Positions 47,733 through 58,141 of a stretch of DNA of 64,000 nt are shown here, piece after piece. The stretch's first letter is position 1. The number at the start of each line of letters is the position of its first letter. The DNA is taken from the NCBI RefSeq assembly GCF_000143415.4, contig NW_003314265.1, positions 2,621,181 to 2,685,180 of the forward strand. Direction: 5' to 3'. Origin of the DNA: Selaginella moellendorffii. Taxonomy: Eukaryota > Plantae > Lycopodiophyta. A program made the position numbers and the translations under genes. A model generated the notes under the pieces. That model worked only from the letters and a program-made list of their open reading frames with translations. It was not told the origin of the DNA and made no database searches.

Positions 47733-48879
47733 TCATCTTTTATCCTTGGACATCTCGTCATTCACGATAGCCAGCATTCCTTCGACCCTGTAAAGCTGCA
47801 GTAATTAGGAGAAAAGTGCTTTCATGGCTTTGCATACCTGTTTTTCTCGACTTGAGCCTCGGCAAGCCAAGAAGTTAAACACACCTATAAAGAGCTGGTT
47901 GGCACCTTTCGATGGTTAAAACACTCGCAAGTTACCTCTAGAGCTTCTCTTTCGAGTTTGGTTCCGGGAAGGTCAAGAGCTGAGCTTGGTAAATCGTGGT
48001 TTGTGCAGTGTCCAGCTATCGATAACTCGTGCTCGCAGAACATCAAGCAATGGAGAGCTCTCAGATTCTCTGTGGAGAGAACTTCATTGTCCTGGAAACC
48101 CAAGAGCTTGGAAGCAATGCGCCACTGAAGAAGTTGATAAGTAAGATCAGAAAGCCATTGCATTGTAAACGTCACCTTGATCCTTAGTTCTCTAAGGTAC
48201 ATGGCAGTGATCTCCGTTGCTAAATCTTCTGCAAAGACAAAAGGATCAACACGGACACAAGAAATCGAGAAAACAAACCGTAGCATTTGATAGTGAGCAT
48301 TGAGAACACGGGAGCTCCATCGCCATCGCCATTGTCACCGTCGAAAACTTTCTCTTGCGAGAATGTAGCTACGCTTCCAGAATCCTTCACGTAGGTTCTC
48401 ATGGACTTGGCCGCATAAATCAACCTGGAAGTAGCATCTTCCTGCTCAAACAAGCATAAGAACCAAAAGCTATGGAGAAAAAAATCCACTCACACCAGCT
48501 CTTGGTACGCCGAGACGAGCTCCTGGCAGTTTGATCTCTGCAAATGAAAGAAAAATAAATCTTCCTGAAAAGATCGATTTGATTCAAACCTGCTGGCACA
48601 GGAGCTTCTCGCTCGATGCCGATCGCAGGCCAGGCATGTCTTCCAGCACTCCCAAATCCATGGACACCAAATATCTGCGAAGAAGGATTGGAGCAAGCAC
48701 GATCCAGATTGGAAGAACTACCCCTGCGTGAGAAAAACATTGACGAATCCAGTGGCTGCCGAGAGGCCCTTGCTGGAAGCCGCCGACCACGACGATCGCG
48801 CCGCGGCAATCGAAGACCAGACGTTCCTCACATTCCGCTGCGCGGCGGGGCGCCACAATCGCTCGCGCAGCTCCGCCAT
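47733..48879 (-). CDS. Conserved uncharacterised plant protein (~7 exons)
   Basis: MAELRERLWRPAAQRNVRNVWS..|YLVSMDLGVLEDMP..|DNGDGDGAPVF..|VCLTSWLAEAQVEKN|RVEGMLAIVNDEMSKDKR*; matches my recollection of a conserved land-plant unknown family (LWRPAAQRNLRNQW). Confidence 0.75.
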
Positions 48880-48920
48880 GGCTGGAGAAAATATTTAGGG
48901 CTTATGGAAGAAGAAGATGA

Positions 48921-50708
48921 ATGAAGCAATGGACAAGGTTTCGCTTCCAAGCAGCAAGAATCCCTCCCAGGATCGTTTCCAGCGGCGGCAAGAAGCACCA
49001 GGATCATCTCACCGCGAGCCTCGGTCTCCTGGATCGCAGCGAGACCGCGGACAAGAACACGTTTGCATCGCTCCTCCGCGAATGCGGCAGTCGCCAGGCC
49101 CTGGATCAGGGCAGGAGAATCCACCGGCACATCGTCAACACCGGATTGGAGCGCGACATCTTCCTCCAGAATCTCCTCGTCCAGATGTATGGCAATTGCG
49201 GCAGCACGGCATCCGCTCGGTGCATCTTCGACTCCATTGCGGAGCCCAATTCGGTCTCCTGGCACCTGCTGATGCTCGCCTACGCGCAAGGTGGAGATCT
49301 TGCGGAGGCGCGTGCGATCTTCCACCGGATGCCAGAGATCCGGAAGAACAGCATCTCGTGGAACATCATCGTTACAGCATTTGCCCAGACCGGGCATATT
49401 GACGACGCGAAAGCGCTGTTCCAGGAGATGCCGCGCCGCGACGTGGTATCCTGGAACACGATGATCACCGCGCTCGTCCGGGCGAGCCGCGCGGCGGAGG
49501 CGATCGCGTTGTTCCGGCGGATGGACGTGCCGCCGGATCGCATCACATTCGTGTCGTGCATCGATGCCTGCGCCTCCGCGCTGGCGGTGGAGCTCGGCAA
49601 AGATCTTCACTCGCGCGCCGCTACCGCTTGCCTGGCCGCGGATGTTCTCGTCGCTACCTCACTCGTGAGTATGTATGGAAAGTTTGGATCCACTGCGAGC
49701 GCCAAGGCGGTGTATGACTCGGTGAGCTCCGGCGGCGATGTGATTCTCCACACCTCGATGATCGCGGCCTTCGCTGAAAATGGCGAGATCGATCGAGCGA
49801 GGGAGCTCTTCCACGGGCTTTCCAGCGCCAGGGATCACGTCTGCTGGACGAGCATGATCGTGGCGTGTGGATCCAATGGAGAGCTCCCCGAGGCCGAGAG
49901 ATTTTTCCAGCGGATGCCGGGGAGGTCACTCGTGTCGTGGAATGCGATGATGGGAGCGATGATCCAGAGCGGCGAGTACTCTCTCGCGATCGAAATTTTC
50001 CGCGAGATGGATCTGGAAGGAGTGACTGCGGACAAGATCTCGTGCGTCACGGTTCTCGACGCCTGCGCGAACCTCACGAGGCTCGACGAGGGAAGAACTG
50101 TGCACTGGATCGTCCAAGGCGTGGAGGAGCTGGGTGAGTGCGTGATCGTCAAGACCGCGCTGCTCAACCTCTATGGAAAATGCGGAAAGCTGGCGGAGGC
50201 GAGAGAGATCTTCGACGAGATGGCGGCGAGGAAGACGATCGAGACTTGGAACGCGATGATCTCGTCCTACGCTCAAAAGGGTCAGGGGAGGAGAGTTTTG
50301 GAGCTCTACTGGCTGCTCAACTTGGATGGGATCGTCCCCGACTTTGTGACGTTCCTGTGCGTGATCTCGACTTGCAGCCATGCTGGACTGGTCGAGGATG
50401 GTCGCAGCCACTTCCACTCTATCACCGCCGACTTTAGCAGCTTCCCGACGCGGGATCACTACTGCTGCATGCTGGATCTCCTGGGACGAGCTGGCCGATT
50501 GAACGACGCCGAGGAGCTCGTCGAGCTGATGCCGTTTGAGCCCAATGCTGTGGAGTGGACTGCCGTGCTTGGAGGGTGTGAGATGCATGGAGAGTTCCAG
50601 CGCGGGGAGAGAGTTTCAAAGAGGTTTTTTGGGCTGAAAGACGACGAGACTGGCGTGGCTCCATACTTGCTGCTCTCCAATCAGCTGATGACTGCAACGA
50701 TGGTATAG
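48921..50708 (+). CDS. PLS-class pentatricopeptide repeat protein with E domain, no DYW; intronless
   Basis: Repeated DVVSWNTMI and LVSMYGKxG motifs; HYCCMLDLLGRAGRL..PFEPNAVEWTAVLG..PYLLLSN. Confidence 0.95.
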   Translation: MKQWTRFRFQAARIPPRIVSSGGKKHQDHLTASLGLLDRSETADKNTFASLLRECGSRQALDQGRRIHRHIVNTGLERDIFLQNLLVQMYGNCGSTASARCIFDSIAEPNSVSWHLLMLAYAQGGDLAEARAIFHRMPEIRKNSISWNIIVTAFAQTGHIDDAKALFQEMPRRDVVSWNTMITALVRASRAAEAIALFRRMDVPPDRITFVSCIDACASALAVELGKDLHSRAATACLAADVLVATSLVSMYGKFGSTASAKAVYDSVSSGGDVILHTSMIAAFAENGEIDRARELFHGLSSARDHVCWTSMIVACGSNGELPEAERFFQRMPGRSLVSWNAMMGAMIQSGEYSLAIEIFREMDLEGVTADKISCVTVLDACANLTRLDEGRTVHWIVQGVEELGECVIVKTALLNLYGKCGKLAEAREIFDEMAARKTIETWNAMISSYAQKGQGRRVLELYWLLNLDGIVPDFVTFLCVISTCSHAGLVEDGRSHFHSITADFSSFPTRDHYCCMLDLLGRAGRLNDAEELVELMPFEPNAVEWTAVLGGCEMHGEFQRGERVSKRFFGLKDDETGVAPYLLLSNQLMTATMV

Positions 50709-51056
50709 TTCATGGCAATATCACGAAAGAGAATTGGATCGTGAACGAGGCAAACAGGTTCGTCAGAATATGTTCCTTTATCTTGCTGACAAAGAATTTT
50801 TTTTCCAGGAACTGCGTACGATGTAGTTTCTACATGGATTCAAAGTGAATGAAGAGCAAAACGAGGAAAGAGGTTCGTAGAACTTTCATTCTCAGAATTT
50901 TCCTCTGACGTCTTTTAAATGCTAAATGCAGGCTTTGGAGTTTCCAGTAACATGTAGTTTTCTGCAAGGTGTCTCTCATATGGCCAAGATTGAAGATTGA
51001 GAGGTCTACATAAACTTTTGCTTTCATCAAATGCTAACTTCAGCTTAAAGGTGGCT

Positions 51057-52554
51057 ATGGCGACGGGACTTCTTCCCTCACAGTTTTTCGCCTCTGGTGG
51101 TCGTAGCTGCTGTAAGTTTCCCAAGCTGCCTGGAGCGAAGCCGTCCAAGTTCCACAGCAGAGTATCGGTGCCCCGCTTGTCTAGGCGAGTCTCTGCTACT
51201 GCCACTCCTGTTGCTACTGATGCGGAAAGTTTGGTCGGGTTCCTGGAGCAGGATTTGCCACACCTGTTTGACGACCAGGGAATCGACAGGACCCGCTACG
51301 AGGAGCGAGTGGAGTTTAGAGATCCCATCACCAAGTATGACACTCTGAGCGGCTACCTTTTCAACCTCCAGCTCCTCCGCGTGGTTTTCAACGTCGAATT
51401 TATCCTTCACGAGGCCAAGAAGGTTTGACGAGGCCATTGTTTTCTAGGCTTGACTCGGCTGCTGTATTCTCGATTTTCCACAGACAAAACAGGACGAGAT
51501 CACAACACGATGGACAATGAACATGACCTTCAAACTGTTGCCATGGAAGCCAGTGCTGCTGATTACAGGAGTTTCGGTCATGGGAGTCAACTTGAGCACT
51601 GGAAGATTTCGCAGCCATGTGGTAACTTCGAGCTTTTTCGTTTCACAGGCACTTCATCTCGTTGTAGAACAGGACTACTGGGATTCTGTAGACAACAATG
51701 ACTATTTCTCGTTTGAGGCCGTCATGGACGTGTTGAAGCAGGCAAGCTCTCTATTCTATGACGATTCTTTTATGATTGTTTGTAATAGATGCGACCTTTC
51801 AAAACACCCAACTTGGAGACTCCAAAATACACGGCTTTGAAGAGAACCAAATATTACGAGGTTCTGTTCTTTTCCCCCCTTTTTTTTTCTAATTTGCAAG
51901 CCACTGACTGCTGAAAAACAAATGTAGATTCGGAAGTATGACGCATTTCTAGTAGTCGAAACCACGACTGATGGACTGGCTAGCTCAAGCGGTTTCAACA
52001 GCGTTGCCGGGTAAATTATTATCCTAAGCAAGTTCAGTGCTTCACGTCGCGAGAACAGGTACATCTTTGGAAAGAACCAACGCGAGGAGAAGATGAAGAT
52101 GACCACACCAGTTTTTACAGCGAGGCAGAGCCAGGATTGCAGCGACGTGATCCAGATTGTCTTGCCGTTGAATTGCGAGCTCCCGAAGTAAGTAGAACCA
52201 AGTAAAGCATTACTGATCTTTAAATTGTTCTAGATTGCCTCCTCCAAACTCCAGCGAGCTAACTCTACGTGAAGTGAGCAGAGTCTACGCTGCTGCGATC
52301 AAGTTTAGCGGCGCAGTCACCGAAGAACTCGTCATGGAAAAGCAAAAGCTCTTGAGAGACAGTCTTCGCAGAGATGATCTTAAGCCTGCGGATGGCTACT
52401 TGCTTGCTCGCTACAACGATCCCGATAGCACTCCAGCTTTCTTAAGAGTAAGATTTATCACTTGGAAATCTCATATTTTTTCCCATGGATTGCTTGTTCG
52501 TTGCAGAGAAACGAAGTGCTTATCTGGCTGGAAGACTATCACTTTGAAGTATGA
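51057..52554 (+). CDS. SOUL heme-binding protein with N-terminal SnoaL/DUF2358-like domain (HBP5-like), plastid
   Basis: Transit peptide; DLPHLFDDQGIDRTRY..FRDPITK; LETPKY; GFNSVAGYIFGKN; MTTPV; LARYNDP..RNEVLIWL. Confidence 0.92.
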
Positions 52555-52698
52555 TCAAAGTTTTGTAGATGCCAATTAAATTGATATGGTGATACACTGA
52601 AAATAGTAGCTCTCAAATCTTCAAATCTTAGAGGAGCTCTACAAAACTTTCATGCACAAGCCTGTCTTTTCCCAGATCTTTGCGACGTATGTGAATCA

Positions 52699-53461
52699 TC
52701 AGCCACGACCCCGACCACCTACAAAAACAAAGCAAAGAACGAAGTGAAAAAAGGTTCTTATTCGCAGAGACAAACTTGATACCTCGGCCTCCTCTTGGAG
52801 CTCCACGGCCTCCTCGGCCTCCTTCTTGCGGCCCCCGCCCCCTGCCTCGTCCTACAACCTCCCCTCTTCCGCGGCCACGCCCGACGCTCGGGGGCTTTCT
52901 ATCTGTAAAGCCAGATCTGTGAGAAAACTAGAACCAGGAGAAAGAGGAAGATTTACCAGAGCGCTTGGTTTCTTCTTGGACCTTGTCAATCACCTGGTTC
53001 AAACGAAGTGAGTGACGATCTCTCTCTCTCACAAACAAGCTCGGCAGTAACGCGAATGGAAATCGCTCACCTCGTCTGGAACACGAAGATACTTAATGGT
53101 GTTGCCCCTGATGTAGCACTCGGGCATTCTCCAAAACCGGTCTCCATCCTGGAGAGAAAGAAGGATGAGAACTTCCGCAAAAGAAAGGAAGGAGAAAACA
53201 TCACTCGCCTTGGAAGTGCAAATAACTTCTCGTAGATGGATGTTCATCCAGCTATCGCAGCTCACCAAATGCCCATTGTAAGTCTCTCCATTCTTGAGCT
53301 CCACTAGCTACCAAAGCGAATTTTCAGACAAAGAAGAAAACGAAGAACATCACTCACCATTGGGTGCCCATGCGCTGTCTTGAGCAGCGAAAGCGGAAGC
53401 TGCGCGAAAAAAACCCTAAGAAACGCGCGATCGATCGATCAGCACAAGGAAAACATACCAT
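52699..53461 (-). CDS. LSM4: Sm-like protein LSm4
   Basis: M|[14 protein letters not shown]|[33 protein letters not shown]|[26 protein letters not shown]; RGG tail; ATG-only first coding exon. Confidence 0.97.
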
Positions 53462-53718
53462 CTCTCGCCGCGTGCGTTCTCCCGCCTAGCTCTGCGCTCC
53501 GGAAAACCCTAACTCTTCGACCTCAAGCCATTTTGGATTTAGGGTTCCTTTATTCACAAAGTTTTTTTTTTTCTTTCGCGGCGCGCATTGGCGTCCAAAA
53601 AATCGATCGATCGATCGCGCCGAATCGATCCAGTCCTTCTCTGTAGATCTACAATGCTCCGTGGAGCAGCCGCGGCGGCAACTGGGCGAAGAATGGAGCT
53701 GCATTGTCTCGGGTATGG

Positions 53719-56700
53719 CTATGGGAACTGGAATCCCCCTCCAATGTTGTTGGCGCCGCTAGGGTTCCTCAGCGACACCCACAGCAGCGAGATTATGATA
53801 GACAGGAGCCCCGCCCAGACGAAGACGATCGTGGGAGCCCTGCCCTTGCGGCCCATCAGGCCCTTGGCGAAGGGATAGAGATGGCACAGCACCCAGAAGC
53901 TGAAGAACACCCCGCCCAGGAGCTGGCTCCAGCGCGGGACCTCGGAGTAGATCTCACGCGACACCGCCACGGCGATGGCGATGAGATTTGTGAGCATGAT
54001 CGTGATGGGCGGGATCATGAGCGCCGACCACTTGACGATGTAGAGGTCGGCATACACGTCCTGCTCGTCTCCAGCGGCCTTGGACGTGAGCGTGAAGGAG
54101 ATATCAATGCCTGCGACCACCTTGAGCAGCCCCTGGAGGACCGCCACGAGGTGAGCGCTGGTTCCGCCGATCAGCCAGAACTGCTCGTTCCGCCACCATT
54201 CGTCCAGGGTGATACCCGACCACCGGATCTCGAGCACCGCTAGCAGGCACAGCGTGAGCGTGATGACGAAGAGGTAGACCAGGAAGGTGGTGCTCAGCGT
54301 CTGGACGATGAACTCTCCTGTGAAGAGCGACAGCGCTGGGAGGAAGCAGTAGACGACGAGGAAGATCGAGGTGAAGGGATAGACGCCAACGTTGAGGTAG
54401 GCGATCCTCTGGAGGAACTTAAGCCGGGTGTTGGCGAAGAGAGCGTTGTTTCTGGAGAAGAAAATCTCGACCGAGCCGGTGGCCCAGCGGAGGACCTGGT
54501 GGAGACGATCGGTGAGGTTGATGGGAGCTGTGCCGTGGAAGGCGTCGACTTTGGTGACGCAGTAGACCGACCTCCACCCGCGGTTGTGCATCCGGAAGCC
54601 GGTGACCACGTCCTCGGTGACCGAGCCGTAGATCCATCCGACTCGCTGCCCCCACTCGGTCTTCCCCTCGTAGAAGCACGAGATAACGTGAATGGCCTCC
54701 GCGACCGTGGTGGCATCGAGAGGCTCGCGGGGGACGAGAAGAGCTCCAGGTGGTCGACCGTTCTTCGCACCCTGCTCGGCTAGAGGCCGGCCTTGGAACT
54801 CGGCAACAGGGACGGAAGCAGCGAAACCGGCCGAGTTGCCGAACCGCTTTGGCAAGAGCTGGAGCTCAACGTCGTCGTCCTCGATGCTCTTGGTCTTGGA
54901 TGTTTTCTTCCTTCCTCCGCCGCAGCAGCCTCGGTCTTTCACTCTTGGGGGGTCGAAGCCGTAGAGGGCGGTTCTCCGGAAGCAGCAGCCGGTGCCAACG
55001 TAGACGGGGCCCTGGATTCCGTCCAGAGCTCGCATGTTGACGTCGAAGAAGACGGAGTTGTGGTTGGCGTAGCGGTCGTTGGGGTCGATCCCCTCGAACC
55101 GCTGGGGGAACTGGACGTAGCAGATCTGGTCGCCGGTGCGGTCCATCATGAAGCACATCGCCTCACGGATAGCGAGCGCGTTGTAGATGTAGTGGTCGCA
55201 GTCGAGGTTGAGGATGAAGGCTCCGTTGGACATGATGGCGCTGGCCCGGACGAGCGCGTTCATGGCTCCGGCTTTCTTGTTGTGGTCGTAGCCGGGGCGC
55301 TTCTCTCGGGAGACGTAGACCAGCATTGGAAGGCGGGTGTCGATGCCGGTGGTGTCGATGATGGTAGAAGTATCGGGGGTGCCGAGGATTGGGTCACTGC
55401 TTGGAGGAGCCAGCATCACCTGGGAACAGCCACAGATCGAGTCAGCCAACTTTTCAAGGAGAAACAAAAGGTGGCGAAAAAACTTACTTGGATGATACCA
55501 GCGTGATCACCTCGACCATGCTCCGACGACGTCACCGTCCAAGTTCCTGGCCAGTGTGTGCCATCGGACATCCAGGTCGCTTTTGGGATATTGAGAGGCT
55601 CTGTCACGTCTCTGCCGCTCTCGATCTGTGCTCGCTTGGCTTTGATCTCCTCGTGCGCATTGTAGGCATCGGACCTCCGCCGGATCGCCTCAGGTAGGCC
55701 GTTGATCCTGACTTTGAACTCGTCGTACTCACGCTTCACTCGTCTCCTGTCCTTTACGAAATCAGGACGCGACTTGTTCTTGGTTGGATCACCTCTCAGC
55801 GCGAAATACGTCTCGGGATTGCGAGGCTCGATCACGTGCTTGCGACAGAAGGGGACCCAGGTCTGAGCAAAGCTGGCGGCCTCCGCAAGTGCCTCGAAGG
55901 TTAACAGTGCTCCTCCATCGTCAGAAAGATAGCAGGCGGTCTTCTCGACGGGGTATTCTGCGGCTAGAATGGACAGGATAGTGTTGGCAGTGACGAGTGG
56001 TGGCTCCTTCTCGGGATCAGCAGTAGAGACGAACAGGTCCACGCCTGGAAGATCAGACCGTCCCTTGGGATTGTTCGGACCCGGCTTCTCAAACCTTTCT
56101 TTGAGCGCCTCCAAGTCCGTGTGCCGGTTAACCGGAACTAGCTTTGGCAGCTGATCGAGCAGCCACGAGAAGGCAAACCAGATCTCACAGGCGACGGACA
56201 TACCCCACAGCCACACTGCGTCACGGTTTGGATTCCTCACTCGCCACATGAGGAACAGGACCAGGACAACCATCCGGAAGAGCACCAAGAACCTGGAGTC
56301 CAGAAAAAAAAAATGTTAGCAGACAAAAGACAAAGTTTGCGGATCGAGCAAAGTACCTGTATGGGCTGATGATGGCGGCTGGGATGCTAGATTTCCTGGC
56401 CAGGGGGCGCTTGGACCGCTCGTTAAAGGCAGGTGGATCGGCATCCGGGCCGAAGTTATAATCGTTGGGTGGCCAGTGAGCGTTTCCATATCCATAGGTA
56501 CCTTTGGTCTCGAAGAGCCACTTGGCGTGGTCAAACTCCGACTGCTTCACGATCATGGTGTTCTTCCGGGATCCAAGCCTCCGGGGATCGGCCTTGGCAG
56601 TGGCCGTGGTGGTGGCGGCAGAGGCGCCAGAAGTGGGAGTGAGAGCTTTGGTCTTGGACTCCGTCTCCCGCTCGTCATCCTCGTCCTCCTCCTTGTACAC

Positions 56701-57234
56701 CTCCTTGCAGCCGGGACAGATTCCACCGTTGGAGACGGCGTCGATGAAGCACTCCTTACAGATGCTAAAGCCGCACTCGCAGGGATGGATCTCGTTGCCT
56801 TGCTCGTCCCTCATTGCGAGCTGGTCGCAGCCCCGGACGCCGCAGGTGGAAGGCCCGGTGAGGAGCTGCTGGCCGTGCTCGGGGTGCTTCTCCATGATGT
56901 GGCCGCGGGTGATGGCGTTGTATCCTCCGGTGAAGATGGCGTTTGAGACGAACTGCTGGGACGCTTGCTGCGGTGCTGTCGGGCCCGAGAAGTTCATAGG
57001 CTGGTTGTCCGGCGTCGGGGGTATGTGCACCGTGTAAGGATTCAGGAACTCCCCGCTCACGGGGAAGTCGGCGGTGGACATGATATCGGACATCTCGCTC
57101 TCGTCGCGTGAAGCATACCGGTAGCGGCCGCTGGAGGATCGAAGCTGAGGACCTGTGCTGTTTGGAGCGGCCGCGGGATTGCGGAAGCTATTTGTGCGAG
57201 TGCTCTGCTGCTGCTGCTGCTGCGAAGACGCCAT
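53719..57234 (-). CDS. CSLD: Cellulose synthase-like D; exons ~57234-56357, 56292-55488, 55419-53719
   Basis: [10 protein letters not shown], Cys-rich RING-like region, [34 protein letters not shown] terminus. Confidence 0.96.
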
Positions 57235-58141
57235 TTTGATCGATGATGCTGCTGCTTATGAAGTGCTGATGGCCTAGAGAGGACTAAGAAGGACGAGCTA
57301 AAACCTGCGACCGATTCGTGCTGAGAAACGCGAGGAGAGAAGAATTGGCATGGATGCAGCGACTTTAGCGGCGTCGCCACAGTGCGGGAGGGACTAAGTC
57401 ATTTTTTTGCGCCACTATGGAATTCTAGATCGCTGGGATGTGGAAAAATTCGTCGGGTCGTTCTACTGCTGTGGGCTCTATATCGCGATCACAGCTATAA
57501 GAAGGGAATTACCCCTGCAAGAGGGAGTGGATTTGACGATTTCACAAAAAACAATCACGCGGCTAAACTTCTTCCTTTCCACGCTGCATTGGAACGTGCC
57601 CTGTTATATTAGGTCATTTTCATTGACGGCCGTGAGCCGGCAAGCGGAATGTGCGGCATCCCGCGGATATGCCGTCAGATTTGCCGGAATGTGCCGGAGA
57701 GCGAGCGGAATAACCTGTGACGTGCAGGCTTCGTGCAGCGGGACGGCCCAACGCGTGGGGCCGCGTTTGAGAAGTTTCTTTCGATTTCGTCGTTTCGAAG
57801 ATGGAAGTTTAAGCAACAATTGGATTTTGTTGGGGACACGAATTCGGAAGGAGCGCATTCTTTTGTACTGACGTGCGATCCACTGGGAATAGATAGAGAA
57901 CTCGCGAAGAACAAATCATATTTTACTGCTACCTTAGCTGCCAGTTAAGAGTTTCCGCGGAGAGGAATCATCTCCTGTTCTAGAGAGATCACTGTTGGGT
58001 TTCAGTAGTGTCATTTGTTTTTGTTGCTATCGATCCGGATCTCCTGTAACGGGACGCACGGGATCAAAACAAATAGCAAAACGAGAAGAAAACAAAGCTG
58101 GCTGACCTCGGCAAGAACCGCCAAAAGCACCTGTACGTGGA

